This document shows positions 1-13,560 of a DNA stretch of 64,000 nucleotides, piece by piece. Under the pieces are notes generated by a model, which was not told the origin of the DNA, searched no databases, and was given only the letters and a program-made list of their open reading frames with translations. Both the position numbers and the translations under genes were made by a program. Source of the DNA: the human T2T-CHM13v2.0 reference genome, Homo sapiens. The DNA is taken from NCBI RefSeq assembly GCF_009914755.1, contig NC_060947.1. The stretch is one strand, 5' to 3'. The first letter of the stretch is position 1; every line of letters starts with the position of its first letter.

Positions 1-805
1 AATGGCCATTCAAACAACGATAGTCTGAGGTACCACAGACAAAAAAATATTCCTGAGGGTAGGCAGACTATTTGTGTGGGAGGAGTTACCCACCTGATAC
101 ATTGGGAGTTGGTTGTGTCTATAGTATTGTTAAATTGTACACAGGTAAGGTTTGAGGTATGGGTTATCTCCAGATTGGAAACAAGAGGTCCTACTAAAAC
201 GGAAGTGGTGTTTATTTTTGTGCTGGAGTTGTTCCATTGTTCAGGTACAGGGATTGAATGTATGGCCTGAAGTGCAGTGGGAGGCACATCCAACAGTTAG
301 TAGGGTTTTGGGCCGAAACCTTATGGAGCCTAGTGAGGGTAGTATTAAATAAGCTTACCAGCCGATTATGGGTATGGAGGGTTTCATGTAGTTTTGAGAG
401 ATCTAGTCCTTTGTAGGGGCTGGGGGTACTTTGTACCCAGGTCAGTTGGGAGATTATTTCCTTTATGTGTTTTTCTCTTGCCTGATCTTGAACTCCACCC
501 CCATCAGACATACCATTATGGGTGAAGTAAGTCCAACAGACTGGCTCCAAGTCCTCCAGGACAACTAGGATTAATCATTTTCCCTGTCCAATAATGAGTA
601 TTTGCATGCATGCAAAGAGTTGCAGAGTTATAACCACTCTTGTGGGGCATATGGGTGTGGGCCATGAAGGTGGGATTTCCTTTAGATATACTCCTATACG
701 ATGGGACATCAATATTTCCGGGAAGCTGCATTCTTCAGGAAACTCTTGGTAAGGGGAGCTACTGGTTGTACAGCAGCATGGAGGGGGTGCAGTGAGAGTG
801 AAAGG
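1..805 (-). pseudogene. HERV-W env (syncytin-1-like SU) remnant; ATG lost, frameshifted
   Basis: Fragments PGNIDVPSYRS, HANTHYWTGKMINPSCPGGLG, SDGGGVQDQAREKH, YKGLDLSKLHETL and NPTNCWMC lie in different frames and closely match syncytin-1/MSRV Env. Confidence 0.95.
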
Positions 806-1289
806 GGATACTGCCTTTGGTAGGGAAAGGAGGCAGAATCCTTTAGTTTAACTTGAACAGGACGGGCATTCTTTGCTCATCCATATGTCCTTCTGTTGCC
901 TAGACTTCAGGATTAATTCCTTCCTCAAGCAGGGGACAACAAACGGGTGTTCCTTCTCCTATGTTCAGGTGTATAATGACTCCTGCTTTTACTAGAATGT
1001 CTCTCCCTAACAAGGGAATGGGGCTTTCAGGCATAATTAGAAAAGCATGTGAAAAGAGTAAAGTTCCCCAGTCACAACTTAGTGGCTGGGAGAAGTATCT
1101 AGTGACTGGCTGCCCTAGGACCCCTTGGATAGTGACAGATCTGGAGGACAGTTGTCCGGGACAGGAGAGTAAGACTGAGAAGTCCGCGCCAGTGTCCAGG
1201 AGACAGTTAACCTCCTGGCCCTCAATGGTCAAGCATACCTGGGGCTCTGTGAGGGTGACGGCATGGGCTGGCGCTTGCCCTGGGCACCC
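806..1289 (-). pseudogene. HERV-W protease plus start of pol, with premature stop at 900-902
   Basis: LLDTGA aspartyl-protease active site and LLGRDIL motif; after INPEV* the frame continues PVQVKLKDSASFPYQRQYP. Confidence 0.93.
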
Positions 1290-1679
1290 TCAGTCCTGCT
1301 GCTGGATCATCTGGTTAGTGGCTTCTGACTCAGAGGACCTTCGTCCCCTGAGGCAGTTGGCCTTCCAGTGATTCCCTTGACATAAGGGGCATGGACGAGG
1401 GGGCAGCTTATTTCCACTTGGAGAATCTTTTTTAAAGTGTCCTTTTAGACTGCACTGGAAGCAAGCCCTATTAGGCAATCGATTTGCCCAGCTATTCCCT
1501 TTTCCAGAGCCTCCAAAGTCCGCTTGCCTGAGGTCCATGACTAAAGTGGTGGCCCTTTTTTTTAAACCCGTTTATCCCATTCTGCCTGCTCCTGCTGATC
1601 TCTATTATAAAAAACTGAGGTTGCCAAGTTCAATAGGGTTTCTAAGTTTTGCTCTGGGCCTAAGGCAGACTTTTGAAGA
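1290..1679 (-). pseudogene. HERV-W gag 3' remnant (late CA and NC)
   Basis: Zinc knuckles CFQCSLKGHFKKDS (last Cys lost) and CPLCQGNHWKANC; ends QQQD-TGA directly before pro. Confidence 0.92.
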
Positions 1680-2227
1680 ATACCCATTGTGATTTTTTCC
1701 TCAATCACCTGGGAGGAAACATCTATTGTCCTGTCCTGAAGGGAGTTCCTCCTAGGTCTGGTCAGACCTTTATATGGTAATTAAGATTTAAATCCCCTGT
1801 AAGGAAATCTGCTGGGTTAAGGGAATTATCAGTGGTTAGAGTTAAATTACCTTTTTCTAAAAGAATAGCCCCATACTTTAAGATTTTTGAGTTAGTAAGC
1901 TACCTTTTTTGACTTAGAATAATTCTAAACTGGTGAGGTGTGCTCACAAAGAGGTTTCCTCTAAAAGTTATTTTTCTACTTTCTTCCATTAGCAAAGCAG
2001 TTGCCGCTACAGATTGAATGCATCTGTTGGTTACTGGGTTAAGGATTTTTGATAGGAAAGCTACGGATTGTCAGTGGTCTCCGTGTTTTCAGGCTACGCC
2101 CTTGTTTACGCTGACAACAAGGTAGTATTGGAGTGTTACAGGGTCACAGAGAAGACCCTCAATTATCAATTATAGGTTTAAATTTACCCTGGCTTTTAAA
2201 GGAATAGGGCACACTGTTTTTTTACTA

Positions 2228-2503
2228 TTTCTCTGTCTTTCTTTCTCTCTTTGACTCCCTCTCTCTCCTCTCTGTCTCCCTGTCTCTCCTCTCTGTCTCC
2301 CTGTCTCTCCTCTCTGTCTCCCTGTCTCTCCTCTCTGTCTCTCTCTCTCCTCTCTGTCTACCTCCTCTCTGTCTCTCTATCTCCTCTCTGTCTCTCGCTC
2401 TCTCCTCTTTGTCTCTCTCTCTCTCTCCTCTCTGTCTCTCTCTCCTCTGTCTCTCTCTCTCTCCTCTCTGTCTCTCTCCTCTCTGTCTCTCTCCCCTCTT
2501 CTC
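2228..2503. repeat. CT/AG-rich tandem tract in the HERV-W leader
   Basis: Repeated ctctcctctctgtct(ccctgt) units. Confidence 0.9.
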
Positions 2504-3169
2504 TTAGCCATTACTAACGTGGGGCCCTGGCAAATGTGGTGGGGAATGGGTCCCACATAACTGCCAATGTCGAGAGCTGTATGCCTAAATTGGGAGGGAC
2601 ACCAGGGACAAGACTCCCTGGGTTTATAGCCTAGATGCCTAAGGACGCGGGGTAGAGCTTTCTTAAATCCCTTTGGAGATACAACTTGCTAGAGGAAATG
2701 AAAGTCTGAACCATTAGTACCTAGGAGGCAGGGATCAGAGGAAGTAGATTCAGAGGTAAGGAGAATTTTGGGGTGACACTTTCAAGAAAGTCATGGTCAG
2801 GATCCAAGAGGTATGAGTCAGAAGGAAAGGTAGGGGCGCACGCATGGGCGACTATTGAATAGAGACTTCTGGCTGCGCCATGAACTCAACCGGCTAATGC
2901 CGGGAGTTTGGGATGACAGCTTTCTGCCTGTAGTCGGCCCTCGGCTTCCCCGAGAAAATTGAAAGTGGAAGCTGGTTCTGGGCAGGCCAACATTCCCAAC
3001 CCACAAGGGTTGGGGGTTGTTAGAAAGCCCTTCCCCGGACAGCCTCACATCTAAGTCTTAAGTCCAGTGGCCACGCTAATCGTTTTTAACTGGCCGACAG
3101 GTGCCTGGTATTTTCCTGCAATTCTAAGGAAGGATAGGACGGAATAGCAAGCGAAAGTGGTCCAATATT

Positions 3170-3203
3170 ACTCACCGCTTTGGAGGTCCCTTCGTGGTCA
3201 CCA
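3170..3203 (-). promoter_or_regulatory. Primer-binding site (3186-3203) and major splice donor (GTGAGT, 3170-3175)
   Basis: The minus strand reads LTR-end CA, ttt, TGGTGACCACGAAGGGAC, ctccaaagcg|GTGAGT. Confidence 0.85.
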
Positions 3204-3206
3204 AAA

Positions 3207-3865
<659 letters not shown>

Positions 3866-3961
3866 GTTTGATGTTTCGTACACTTTTATCTTCACAACCT
3901 CCAATGGCATCTGGCACACAGAGGATACTAATCAATATTTGTTCATTACTGAATGACAAGA

Positions 3962-4121
3962 AGCACCTGGGCAGTGTATTTAAAATGTGAATTCCCCAGC
4001 TAAATCCCTAGAGATTCTGACTCAGTATGTCTGGAGTGGGTCCTCGGGATCCGCCTGTTCAGTCAGCACCCGGGGAATGCTAATGTGCATGGTCTGGAAA
4101 CCACAGTTTGAGAAACACTGG
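3962..4121. mobile_element. MER5-like hAT-Charlie fragment
   Basis: agagattctgactcagta...gtttgagaaacactg terminus. Confidence 0.6.
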
Positions 4122-4439
4122 AAGCTCATTCTGGCAAACTTCTCTGTGTGGCCATGTCAGACAGGGTGGTCTTGGCCACTTCTGAAAAATGGCAGTTCTT
4201 AATTCTCACTATTTCTGTGTCCCTGTGCTCTATATGGTTACTAGGTTGTCTTTAAAATAAAAAAGGCTTCCATAATGGGAGGTGAAATTGCTTTTTATTC
4301 CAAAAAAGATTTAGTTGAATGAAAGTCAATGAATGTAAATGTAAATTCAGAACAGAGAACATTGGATAAGTATGCAAGACAATGAGGTTGGAAGGGATAT
4401 ATTTTTCAAGCATAACATAGACACTTAAACTCTACAGAA

Positions 4440-4780
4440 ATATTCAAATACCTTCCCGCAACAAATTCAAAACTTGTACAGATAAAAGCCACAGGAAGAA
4501 TACCCTAAAACAAGGCAGTCTCTTACATAACCACAGTGCAATGATCAAAATCAGGAACTTCATTGATACAATGCTAGGATGTAATCTAGGGACCGATTCA
4601 GATGCTACCAATTGTGAGACTGTCCAAAAGCATGCTTCAGTTGTCCTGTTTATTGAATCTCTTTTAATCCAGGGCAGTTCTTGAGTCTTGTTATGGCATG
4701 AGCACTACCCAACTCTTTTGTAGGACGTCATTAATTAGGGCTTTTCTGATGTCACTTTATGACCAGTTTCAAGTTATGTT
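4440..4780 (-). mobile_element. Ancient L1MC/ME 3' fragment
   Basis: cataaccacagtgcaatgatcaaaatcaggaa...ttgatacaat motif. Confidence 0.45.
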
Positions 4781-5519
4781 ATTTTAAAAAATGTTTAAGT
4801 TTAAAAGCAATGTATTTATCATTTAGCTTAAGGTGGATGGCTCAAGGTGGTGGAAAGTGGATGGCTAAAAAGTGTTGGAAAGGTTTCAAGATGAAATTCT
4901 GATTTTCTATAAGATGAAAGATTTTGGTGAGAAATAAAAGAAATCTGTAGGTCACGGGTCTTTCTTCACATTACCACTCTCCTAAGCTGAGAGAATAGAG
5001 TCTGACATAGTTGAATCTTTTTGTTTTTTAACTTTCATCCTCTCTTTTTTGCTTTCCTTTTCCCCATGTTACTAAGATATTGGGGAAACCAAGTGATTTC
5101 TCCTATAGAATGTCCACACTGTAGAATTTATAGAATGCTTGTTCCTGCTGTAGTTTTTAAATGGAATTCCCTGCAATATAAAAAATAGTACTCTGGTGAT
5201 AGAGATGTCAAATCCTGGGCCCAATTCTAGCACAGTTACTTAAGCAAATGTTTTGTAAGCCTTTAGCAAAAATTAAGAGGCACTTGCCAAAAGTCAGCAT
5301 GGGTTTTCTAAGTACACATTTTGCAGGGTTCTTCACACTTCCTTTTCTTGATGCAAGGCTGGTAGTCTTGACTAAAGTGTTTAGTCATGTTAAATCTGTA
5401 TTTCAAAAAAATGATTGGCAAAACCTTTTTATTTTTAAGGATAGAATTTGCCGTCTTTCAGACACCTCTCCTATGTCAAGAACTTCATGAATGCCAACTG
5501 GAATTCTCTCATGATCCTA

Positions 5520-5770
5520 CAAATCAGAATTTAGAAGTCAGGCAGATTTACATTCAACTCTTAACTTTCCCTCTTTCTAGCTATGAGAACTCAGATGTGT
5601 GAACTAACCTCTTTAAGTCTCAGTTTCCTTATTGGTAAGATAGTGATAATTATAAGACCTGTTTTATATAATGTGTAAAAATTAAATATTGTGAAAATTA
5701 AATGCAGGTAAAAATTTTAATATAGTGCTTTGCATATAGTAAGTTCTCAATAGCTGTTTGCTATTAGTTA
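5520..5770 (+). mobile_element. MIR SINE
   Basis: Core taacctctttaagtctcagtttcctt and 3' end catatagtaagttctcaata. Confidence 0.7.
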
Positions 5771-6857
5771 TCAGTGCTTCCATGGCACAGATAAGAAGAC
5801 TGAGGGTCCAAGAGGCTAACTCTCTGGAATAAAGTCTCTCAGCTCCAAATTTGGGAACCATCATCATTTCCATAATATCTTGCTGCCTCCTTGTGGACAA
5901 GCCAAAAGAAAATGTGAGCTGAAAAGCCATGTAATTCTACAGATTTGTTTCAAGTTCAATAACCTTCAAAGGTTCTAAAAAAAAATTAATGCCAAAGGTA
6001 GTGTATGATGTCTGTAATAGACTGGGTCTTTATTGCCATCTCATCTGTGTGGAAATGGGGCTAAAATGAAGAGATGTTTTTCAGATGGCAAATGAAAATA
6101 AACAACTGCAGATAATGCTATAAGTGGGTTAGCATTTTTTTAATGAATAGATTAAAATAAAAACAAATTTAAATGATGAGATTTAATTCACAATAAATGC
6201 AAATTTCTGAACTTGGTCTCAGAAATAACAACTTTACAAATCCCAGATAAGTTATTTTTAGATCTTGAGCTTGCTGTGAAATGTAAAAAGGGATTTTGGT
6301 TTAACTGTTTGAATCCCTCCCTGTCGGCCCTTCAGTGAATTATTTAGTCCATAGTAAGAGAGATGATGGATTCTCCAAGTGGCGGGTCCCAAGCTCAGAG
6401 ATTCCAGAACAGTGGATGACACTGAGGAACTCTGCCTTTGTCACTATGGCACAGCATTGAACAAAAACCATGCCCCCTCAAAGTTTGTGCTGTGTTGCAA
6501 CCAGCTGAAGATAAATCAGAAAATAGGATCTGATGTTGTTTTGTAGAGATCTCCTTGTCCTGGGGCTTATTGAGGCAATTCCATGATCATGAAGTAGAAC
6601 AATGCATACAGCCCATCCAGAAGAGAACCAGAGGACTCCAACTTCTCCATGGAAGCCCCAGAAAGCTGCTTCTGAGTGCTCCTCTCCTTCCTCCCCATCC
6701 GGACGTCAAAAGAACCAGTACTAGACCCGATAAGCCTACCTTGGTTGTCACGGGGGTGGTTTGTGTGGTGACAAATGAGACTGTCCGAGCAACTGAAGGT
6801 GACTGTTTATGGAATTACATGGAGATGTTGTTATGGGAACACATATTCAGCCCCTTC

Positions 6858-7237
6858 TATAATGGGCCGAATTGTGTCCTCCCAAATTCATACGCTGAGT
6901 CTTAACCCTCAGGACCTCAGAATGTGGCTATATTTGGATATGGAACCTCTAAAGAGGTAATTAAGGTACAATGAGGTCATATGGGTGGACCCTAGTCCTA
7001 TCCGACTGGGGTGTTCTCAGAAGAGATCAGGACACAGACACACACAAAGGGACAACCATGTGAGGACACAGAGGGAAGACAGCATCTACACCAAGGAGGG
7101 AAGCTTCAGGAGGAACCAGCGCTGAGACACCTTGACCTCAGACTTGCAACCTTCAGAATGTGAGAGAATTAAATCTCTGTCGTTGAAGCCCTGCAGCCTA
7201 TTGTACTTTGTTACAGCATCCCTGGCCGACTAATACA
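6858..7237 (+). mobile_element. MLT1A/B-type MaLR solo LTR
   Basis: aattgtgtcctcccaaattcata...gaggtaattaagg...ctaataca terminus. Confidence 0.85.
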
Positions 7238-8064
7238 ACTTCTTACAAGGCAGCTCATTTTAACATAAAAAATTTTTGTGTTGAAATCCCAACATACTGA
7301 GGCACATCGACACATGAGCTGATCTGCTGATAGTTCACTGTGCCAAATAGACAAAACCAGGGAGCTGTTGTTGAACCTATGGGGCTAGCAGGAAGGTGAG
7401 GATTACAAGAGTCTGGATTCTGGACTCTCACCTCCTCCTTCTTTTCCCCACACCTACAATCCCTGAGGATTCTTTGCAAGACAAAGTGTGGAAATCACTG
7501 AGCTAGCACAGGTACCTGCAAACCAGAGGCCACTGGAAGCCACACTGGCCCTTCATTTTGAAGAAGGCCCATTGCAACCCACTCTATTGATTTCAGGGTC
7601 CTCTCTGGTTTATGGTTCACATTTGGAAAACTTCTTGTAAAATTAGCTTATTACAAGAGCATACATGCCTCAAAAATTTCCAGCATTCTCCAAGACAGAC
7701 AGCACTGTGTGTTTTCACATACCAGAATTTTCATCATGGAAGGTGCTCAGTGATGAGTGGAACCTCTCTGAGAACCAGTTTTGAGGTTCTGGGAGCCCAA
7801 CCACATGGGGTATTCTATTCATGAAGCTGTGGCATTCCTCATGCAGATGAGTTCAGATACCTGATCACCTTTTCCTATACATCATTAAACTTGGATCTGT
7901 GTGGCAATGGACTAGATGCAGTGGTATCTTCAGTCATGCTAGGATATCCTTAGGATAGCTACTGCCCTTTGCTGCTGGGTTGAGATGTGCTTCATAACTG
8001 TACCCTGCCCAGCCCCTGCCACCCTGGCCCACTCATAAATATTCTCACATGGGGTCTGTGATAT

Positions 8065-8230
8065 TCTGAATATACACATATATATGATACACACACATAC
8101 AGAAACACACATACACATATATGTGTGTGTTTTATGCAAGCTTCATTACATAGGCCTGATTGAGAACAAGTAGAAATGTGATTGGACAAAACACACACAC
8201 ACACACACAGATGCACACACACACACATAT
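8065..8230. repeat. (CA)/(TA) microsatellites
   Basis: Seen directly. Confidence 0.85.
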
Positions 8231-9428
8231 AGGTTTTTGGCCACGGTTTCCAACTCATATCTCCCATAACCCTTATTGCAGTCTTTTGTTAGAATGTTGG
8301 GGCACTTTAGGTCTCAGAAAACAGAACCTCTCTCTCTCACTGAATTTCTCCCTTCTTCTTTTCACCTGCCCATGGCAAGATTGTAATCTGATTGTGGATC
8401 AAAAGACCCTCATTCTAGACAGCGTTCTGCCCCATACTTTAGAGGGAGGAATGCTACCCGGAGAGGCCAAGAAAAGTCTGAATAGACTCCTTGCTGGGTT
8501 TAGATCATGGTTTTTTTTGGTCCAGTTGCATTTGTACACAGTTGTCAATCATGTCTATAAAATGAAGTCTTCATAGAACGCCAGGAGGACTGGGTTCAGA
8601 GAACTTCTGGGTGGCTGAAAATGTGGAGGTCCCTGGAGGGTGATTCCCAGGGAGGGCATGGAAGCTCCACACTCCTTTGCCCATACCTTGCCTTACATGC
8701 CTCTTCATTTGTGTCCTTTGTAATAGTCTTTATAATAAACCATAAATATGTTTTCATGAGTTCTGTGAGCCACTCTAGCAAATTAATGGAACCGAAAGAG
8801 GGGACTGTGGGAACCCCAACTTGAAGCTGGTCATTCCAAAGTTCAGGAGGCCTGGACTTGCAACTGGTGTCTCAGGGTAGATCCCTGTAGGATCTGACAC
8901 TATATCCAGAAAGATAGTGTCCAAATTTAATTAGAGGATACCCAGCTGGTGTTCACTGCTTGGTATTTGATATGGTTTGGCTGCATCCCCACCCAAATCT
9001 CATCTTGAATTATAGCTCCCATAATTCCCACATGCCATGGGAGGGACCCAGTGCGAGGTAATTGAATCATGGGGGCAGGTCTTTCCCATGCTGTTTTCGT
9101 GATAGTGAATAAGTCTCACTAGATCTGATGGTTTTATAATGGGCAGTTCCCCTGCACACTCTCTCTTGCCTGCCATCATGTAAGCTGTGCCTTTCTCCTC
9201 TTTTGCCTTCTACCATGATTGTGAGGCCTCCCCAGGCATGTGGAACTGTGAGTCCATTAAACCTTTACAAATTATCCAGTCTCGGGTATGTCTTTATTAG
9301 CAGTGTGGGAACAGACTAATACACTATGCATGGGGAAAACCCCCACATTTTGTCCCAGAAGTCTTCTTTGTTGATTGTTGCAGTTTGAGAGCAGAGGGAA
9401 AACATGGTTTGAGAGTTTTTGCTAAACA
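8230..9428 (+). mobile_element. MER21-like ERV LTR, interrupted by a THE1 LTR
   Basis: gagggcatggaagctcc, tgagttctgtgagccactctagcaaatta and gggaaccccaac motifs; the element resumes after 9323. Confidence 0.7.
8968..9323 (+). mobile_element. THE1 solo LTR
   Basis: TGATATGGTTTGGCTG...GACTAATACA, 356 bp. Confidence 0.93.
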
Positions 9429-10805
9429 GGGTCCCCTCACTCCATGATGAGCAGTTACCCACTAAATATTTTTCCCTCGGTCACATGAAAGTAAGAGTGT
9501 GCTGTGAGTGGATCCCTGGAAATCCTCCCAAAACTCATCCTGGGATCACATCCTAACTCTCTGCTGTCACACTGGATGGACAATTTTTATGAAAGTAATG
9601 GCAGCCCTGAGTTCATGGCAAAATAACACATTACTGTGGAAGGACAGAGGAAGCTGACTCCATAATAGCTATTCTTAGGTGTGGCCGCTTGGAAAGAGAG
9701 ACAGGAAATCATACAGAGATTACGGAGATTGCTTCCTGGCAGTGGCCCTATAATTAGCCTTGCAGAAGAATCCCTTCCAGTCTTTTGGGTATAACAGAGA
9801 CATCCAAGTACTTGCACTGCATGCTCACTGCTGAACTTCATCTTCTATCAAGGCTGTTCGAGAATGCCATTTTCGTTTTCCTTGCTGTCAAAGAGCTCAA
9901 ATGCCTGTGCCCTTCCCTCGCTAGGAACACGCATCGCTTTAAATGAAAGCTGCAATTAACTCCAGAAGAGTGCAGGATGGGGATTAGGGTGAAGAGAGAG
10001 GGAGAGAAATATCAGCTTTCAGATTTTGCCTTTGTGATAACTATCTTGTTTATCTTTTAGATGATTGTGAAAAACTGAAATTATGGAAGGAGACAAATTA
10101 CTATTTATGCTCCAGGGAAATTCAAAAAATTCTGGAAATGCATACTTAATAAGAAACAAATCTATACATTTATAAGTTTTATCTCTTTGAATTCCAATGA
10201 CTAAAATTGTTACTTTTAAATTTTGTTCCATTTATATCTAGACTTGAGTATTTTTTCCCTAGGCAGATAGCTGCTGAAAAAAGAAAGATGGTTATGAGAC
10301 AGTTATTTGTTTAATTTGCAATGTTTTCTTAGGTACTGCTATGTTACATTTTATAAATGACTTGGGGATACACACACACATATACACACATCTCTCCATA
10401 TTTATTTAAAAATCTGTCTAGCATTAATGCAAAAGATAAAGTATATAAGGGAAAACAAGTTATAAACTTGTTTTAAATTACAGGAAGGCTGTAATTCAAT
10501 TCACTCTTTGAAGCATTTTGAAAGGATATCATAAGACGTGTCAATACATTGCAATTAAATTGTTTCACTGTATAATTCATTTGCACTATGAAATCTCTGC
10601 TGTTTCCTTAATTGATGCATCTTATATCCATTTAAAATATACATTAATTACTTTTATTTATATTTGAATTGCCACTGACTGTATTTGGATTTTTATTTCC
10701 CTAAGTGGAAATTGAGCTTTCCATTAAAACAACCAAAATCATTTTTTTTGTGCCGATAATTTCATGCAGTGATGAATCACCTAGACTTCACTTTATCTGT
10801 AGCTG

Positions 10806-11220
10806 TGGAAGATTAAGGTGGTCACAAATTCTTTTCAGTTCCTCTCTCCAAGAAAGGAAATCTATTTTCCTACCCTTTAAATTGGAGCTGGCCTCCACAT
10901 TTGATTTCACCAATAAAATACAACAAAGTAATAGTGTTAAAGTGCCAAATCTGGACTTCAAGAAGCCCTGTAGCTTCCACTTCCTCTGTTTAAACAGTGG
11001 TATGTGAACATGCCTGGGCTAGCCTCCTGGAGAAAGTGAAACCACATGGAACAGAGGTACAGCCATCTTAGCTGTCCCAGCTTTCCTAGGTGAGGCCCCA
11101 TCCACATGACTGAACCCAGAGATAGCACAAGCAATAGAGATGAGCTATCCTAGCTGAGCTCTGCTGAAATTAGCAAACTGTAGTATCATGCATTAAATAA
11201 ACAACTGTTGTGTAAGCCAC
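10806..11220 (+). mobile_element. Older MLT1 LTR, split by THE1
   Basis: ggtcacaaattcttt, caccaataaaat, ctagcctcctgg and aataaa...taagccac motifs. Confidence 0.6.
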
Positions 11221-11594
11221 TGTATTAGTCTGTTTTCACACTGCTAATAAAAATATACCTAAGACTTGGTAATTTATAAAAGAGGTTTAATTGACTCACA
11301 GTTCAGCATGACTGCAGAGGCCTCAGGAAACTTACAATCATGGCCGAAGGGAAGCAAACATGTCCTTCTTCACATGGCAGCAACAAGGAGAAGAATGAGA
11401 GCTGAGCCAACAGTGAAGCCCCTTATAAAACCATCAGATCTCATGAGAACTTACTCACTATTACAAGAATAGCATGGGGGACACCACCCCAGTGATTCAA
11501 TTACCTCCCACAGGGTCCCTCCCATGACATGTGGGGATTATGGGAACTACAATTCAAGATGGGATTTGGGTGGAGACACAACCAAACCATATCA
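11221..11594 (-). mobile_element. THE1 solo LTR with perfect GCCAC target-site duplication
   Basis: TGTATTAGTC...CCATATCA, flanked by GCCAC at 11216-11220 and 11595-11599. Confidence 0.95.
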
Positions 11595-11897
11595 GCCACT
11601 ATATTTTGACTTAATTACAAAATATATCAGTGCAAAGGCTGATAAAAGATAATACAAACCTAATACAAACCTAAGCTAATGTAGAAACTGCAATTATGTG
11701 CCAATATATACCTTGTTCTTTTTAGACAAAAAAAAAAGCCAAAATTATAATTTTTTATATGTGATAAAAGCAAAAAAGTTTATTGGACAAACAGATTGTC
11801 TCCTAGAGCCAGTTTTTAAGAGGGATTTGTCTCATAAAAAGTTCATATAGCAGCTGTATTAAAGAAAATGCAAAAGTTATTTTTTATGTCTGATTTT

Positions 11898-12045
11898 GGC
11901 TGGGCATGATAGCTCAGGTTTATAATCTCGGCACTTTGGGAGTCGGGAGTGGGAGGATTGTTTGAGCGCAGGAGTTTGAAAATGTAGTGAGCTATGATAG
12001 AACCACTGCACTCCAGCCTGGGCAACAGAGAAAGACCCTGAAAAG
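11898..12045 (+). mobile_element. Monomeric Alu (FAM/FRAM-like)
   Basis: ggctgggcatg...ccactgcactccagcctgggcaacagag in a single monomer. Confidence 0.85.
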
Positions 12046-12859
12046 AAGTAGTCAGAGAAAGCTGGAGTTACAGAAAGCCAGTCTAATGTGAAATGGGTGA
12101 GTATTTCTGGGGAAATATTTTGATAAGGGAACCAAGCTCAGAAAACGTAAACAGTTTGTATGATTACTATGCCACTTGCACTATTTTTTCCTATATATCC
12201 ATTATTCCCATGGTGCTTTTGTTGGAGTTTGTGGTAATAAATTCAGTATTGCACAGTTTGTCCATAAATACCTTTAATAGAGTTATTCTAATGGTGATGG
12301 TGTTGGTGTTCTGCAATTGAAAGAAGAATCCTGATTTACACGTGTTAAGATAGAAAGTCATTCCTGACTTTGTACACACACACATGCACAGACATACTTT
12401 TTATCAATATTTATTTCATGAAACGTTAAATGTTCAATGCTGTAAGCAATTATTCATTTGAGACTTTTTATTTCTGTGACTTAGGGCAAGAAGATACTAT
12501 TTTGGCTCAGACAATATTGTGTGTGGGTTACCCGTTGATCATTTTAAATATGAAAGAATAACTGCATAGTGTTTGGGCAGTTCCAGTTTTGAACATCATG
12601 GCCTCCCTAAGGACCTGCCAAGATGAATTAGATGTGAACTGCACCTCGAGTAGCATGCACTCATGTTGAATTAAACAGCAAAAAGCATCTACTCTAAACA
12701 AAGCTTGTAGTGTGTAAATAGCTGTCACAGACCTGCTTTTGCTAATGATGATTTGACATGAAATTCCCGTGTTCCTGGAGGAAGGGAGATTGCATTAGTG
12801 CCCTGATTTCTCAGCCTTTCCTGAAACCAGGCCCTTCACAATGTGACCACATTACAGCT

Positions 12860-13236
12860 TCTCTCAACAGAAGGCAGGGGATAGTTCACCCCTAAATTTT
12901 GAGTTCACCTCATTACTTGGTTTAGCCAATGGGTGTCAACAGTGGCAGAGATTTTGAAAGTGCTTGTGCTTTCTCTTGTGCTCCTGCTGTTGGCCCCCAT
13001 CTTTAGATCATGCCTGAGCTAGCTTGCTGGAAGCTAGAGACCTATGGTGCAATTATCTCAGCTGATAGCCATAGGAGTGAAGTCAACAGGGAACCAAAAT
13101 ACCATCTAGCTGAACACAACCTAAATATGCAACCCATAATCCATCTCACGAGTTAGACAACTGCATTTTATTTCAAGCCATCAAGGTAAGGTAAAGAGTG
13201 TTTGTTATGCTGCATTATTGTAGCTCTAGATAACCA
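12860..13236 (+). mobile_element. Degenerate MLT1-type LTR
   Basis: ttggtttagccaatgg, ctagcttgctgg, tttcaagcca...tttgttatgc...gataacca. Confidence 0.5.
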
Positions 13237-13271
13237 ATCTTTTCTTAAGCATACCCTTGTTTGATTGAGAA

Positions 13272-13560
13272 TAGTTGTCCCTCAGTATCTAGAGGGGATT
13301 GGTTTCAGGACCCCCATGGATTCCAAAACTTGAGAATACTCAAGGCCTTTATATAAAACATCATAGTATTTGCATTTAACCTAAATACATCCTCATATAT
13401 GCAGTCAGCCACACGTTCTACATCTGTGGATTCAACCAATATTGGATCCAAATATTTGGAAAAATCAAGTACATCTGTAGTGAACGATAAACACCTATTT
13501 TTCTTGTAAATAGTAACAACTATTTATGTAGCATTTACATTAGATTAGGTATTATGTGTA
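13272..13560. mobile_element. MER2 (Tigger-family MITE), two halves in opposite orientation
   Basis: 5' half forward at 13272-13400; 3' half reverse-complemented at 13402-13560. Confidence 0.8.

Noticed and set aside
212-731. Functional syncytin-1 (ERVW-1) gene
   Set aside because: The start codon is deleted and env is split by frameshifts; this is a defective paralogue.
900-902. TGG-to-TAG stop as APOBEC3G hypermutation
   Set aside because: It is a single site and I saw no general G-to-A excess.
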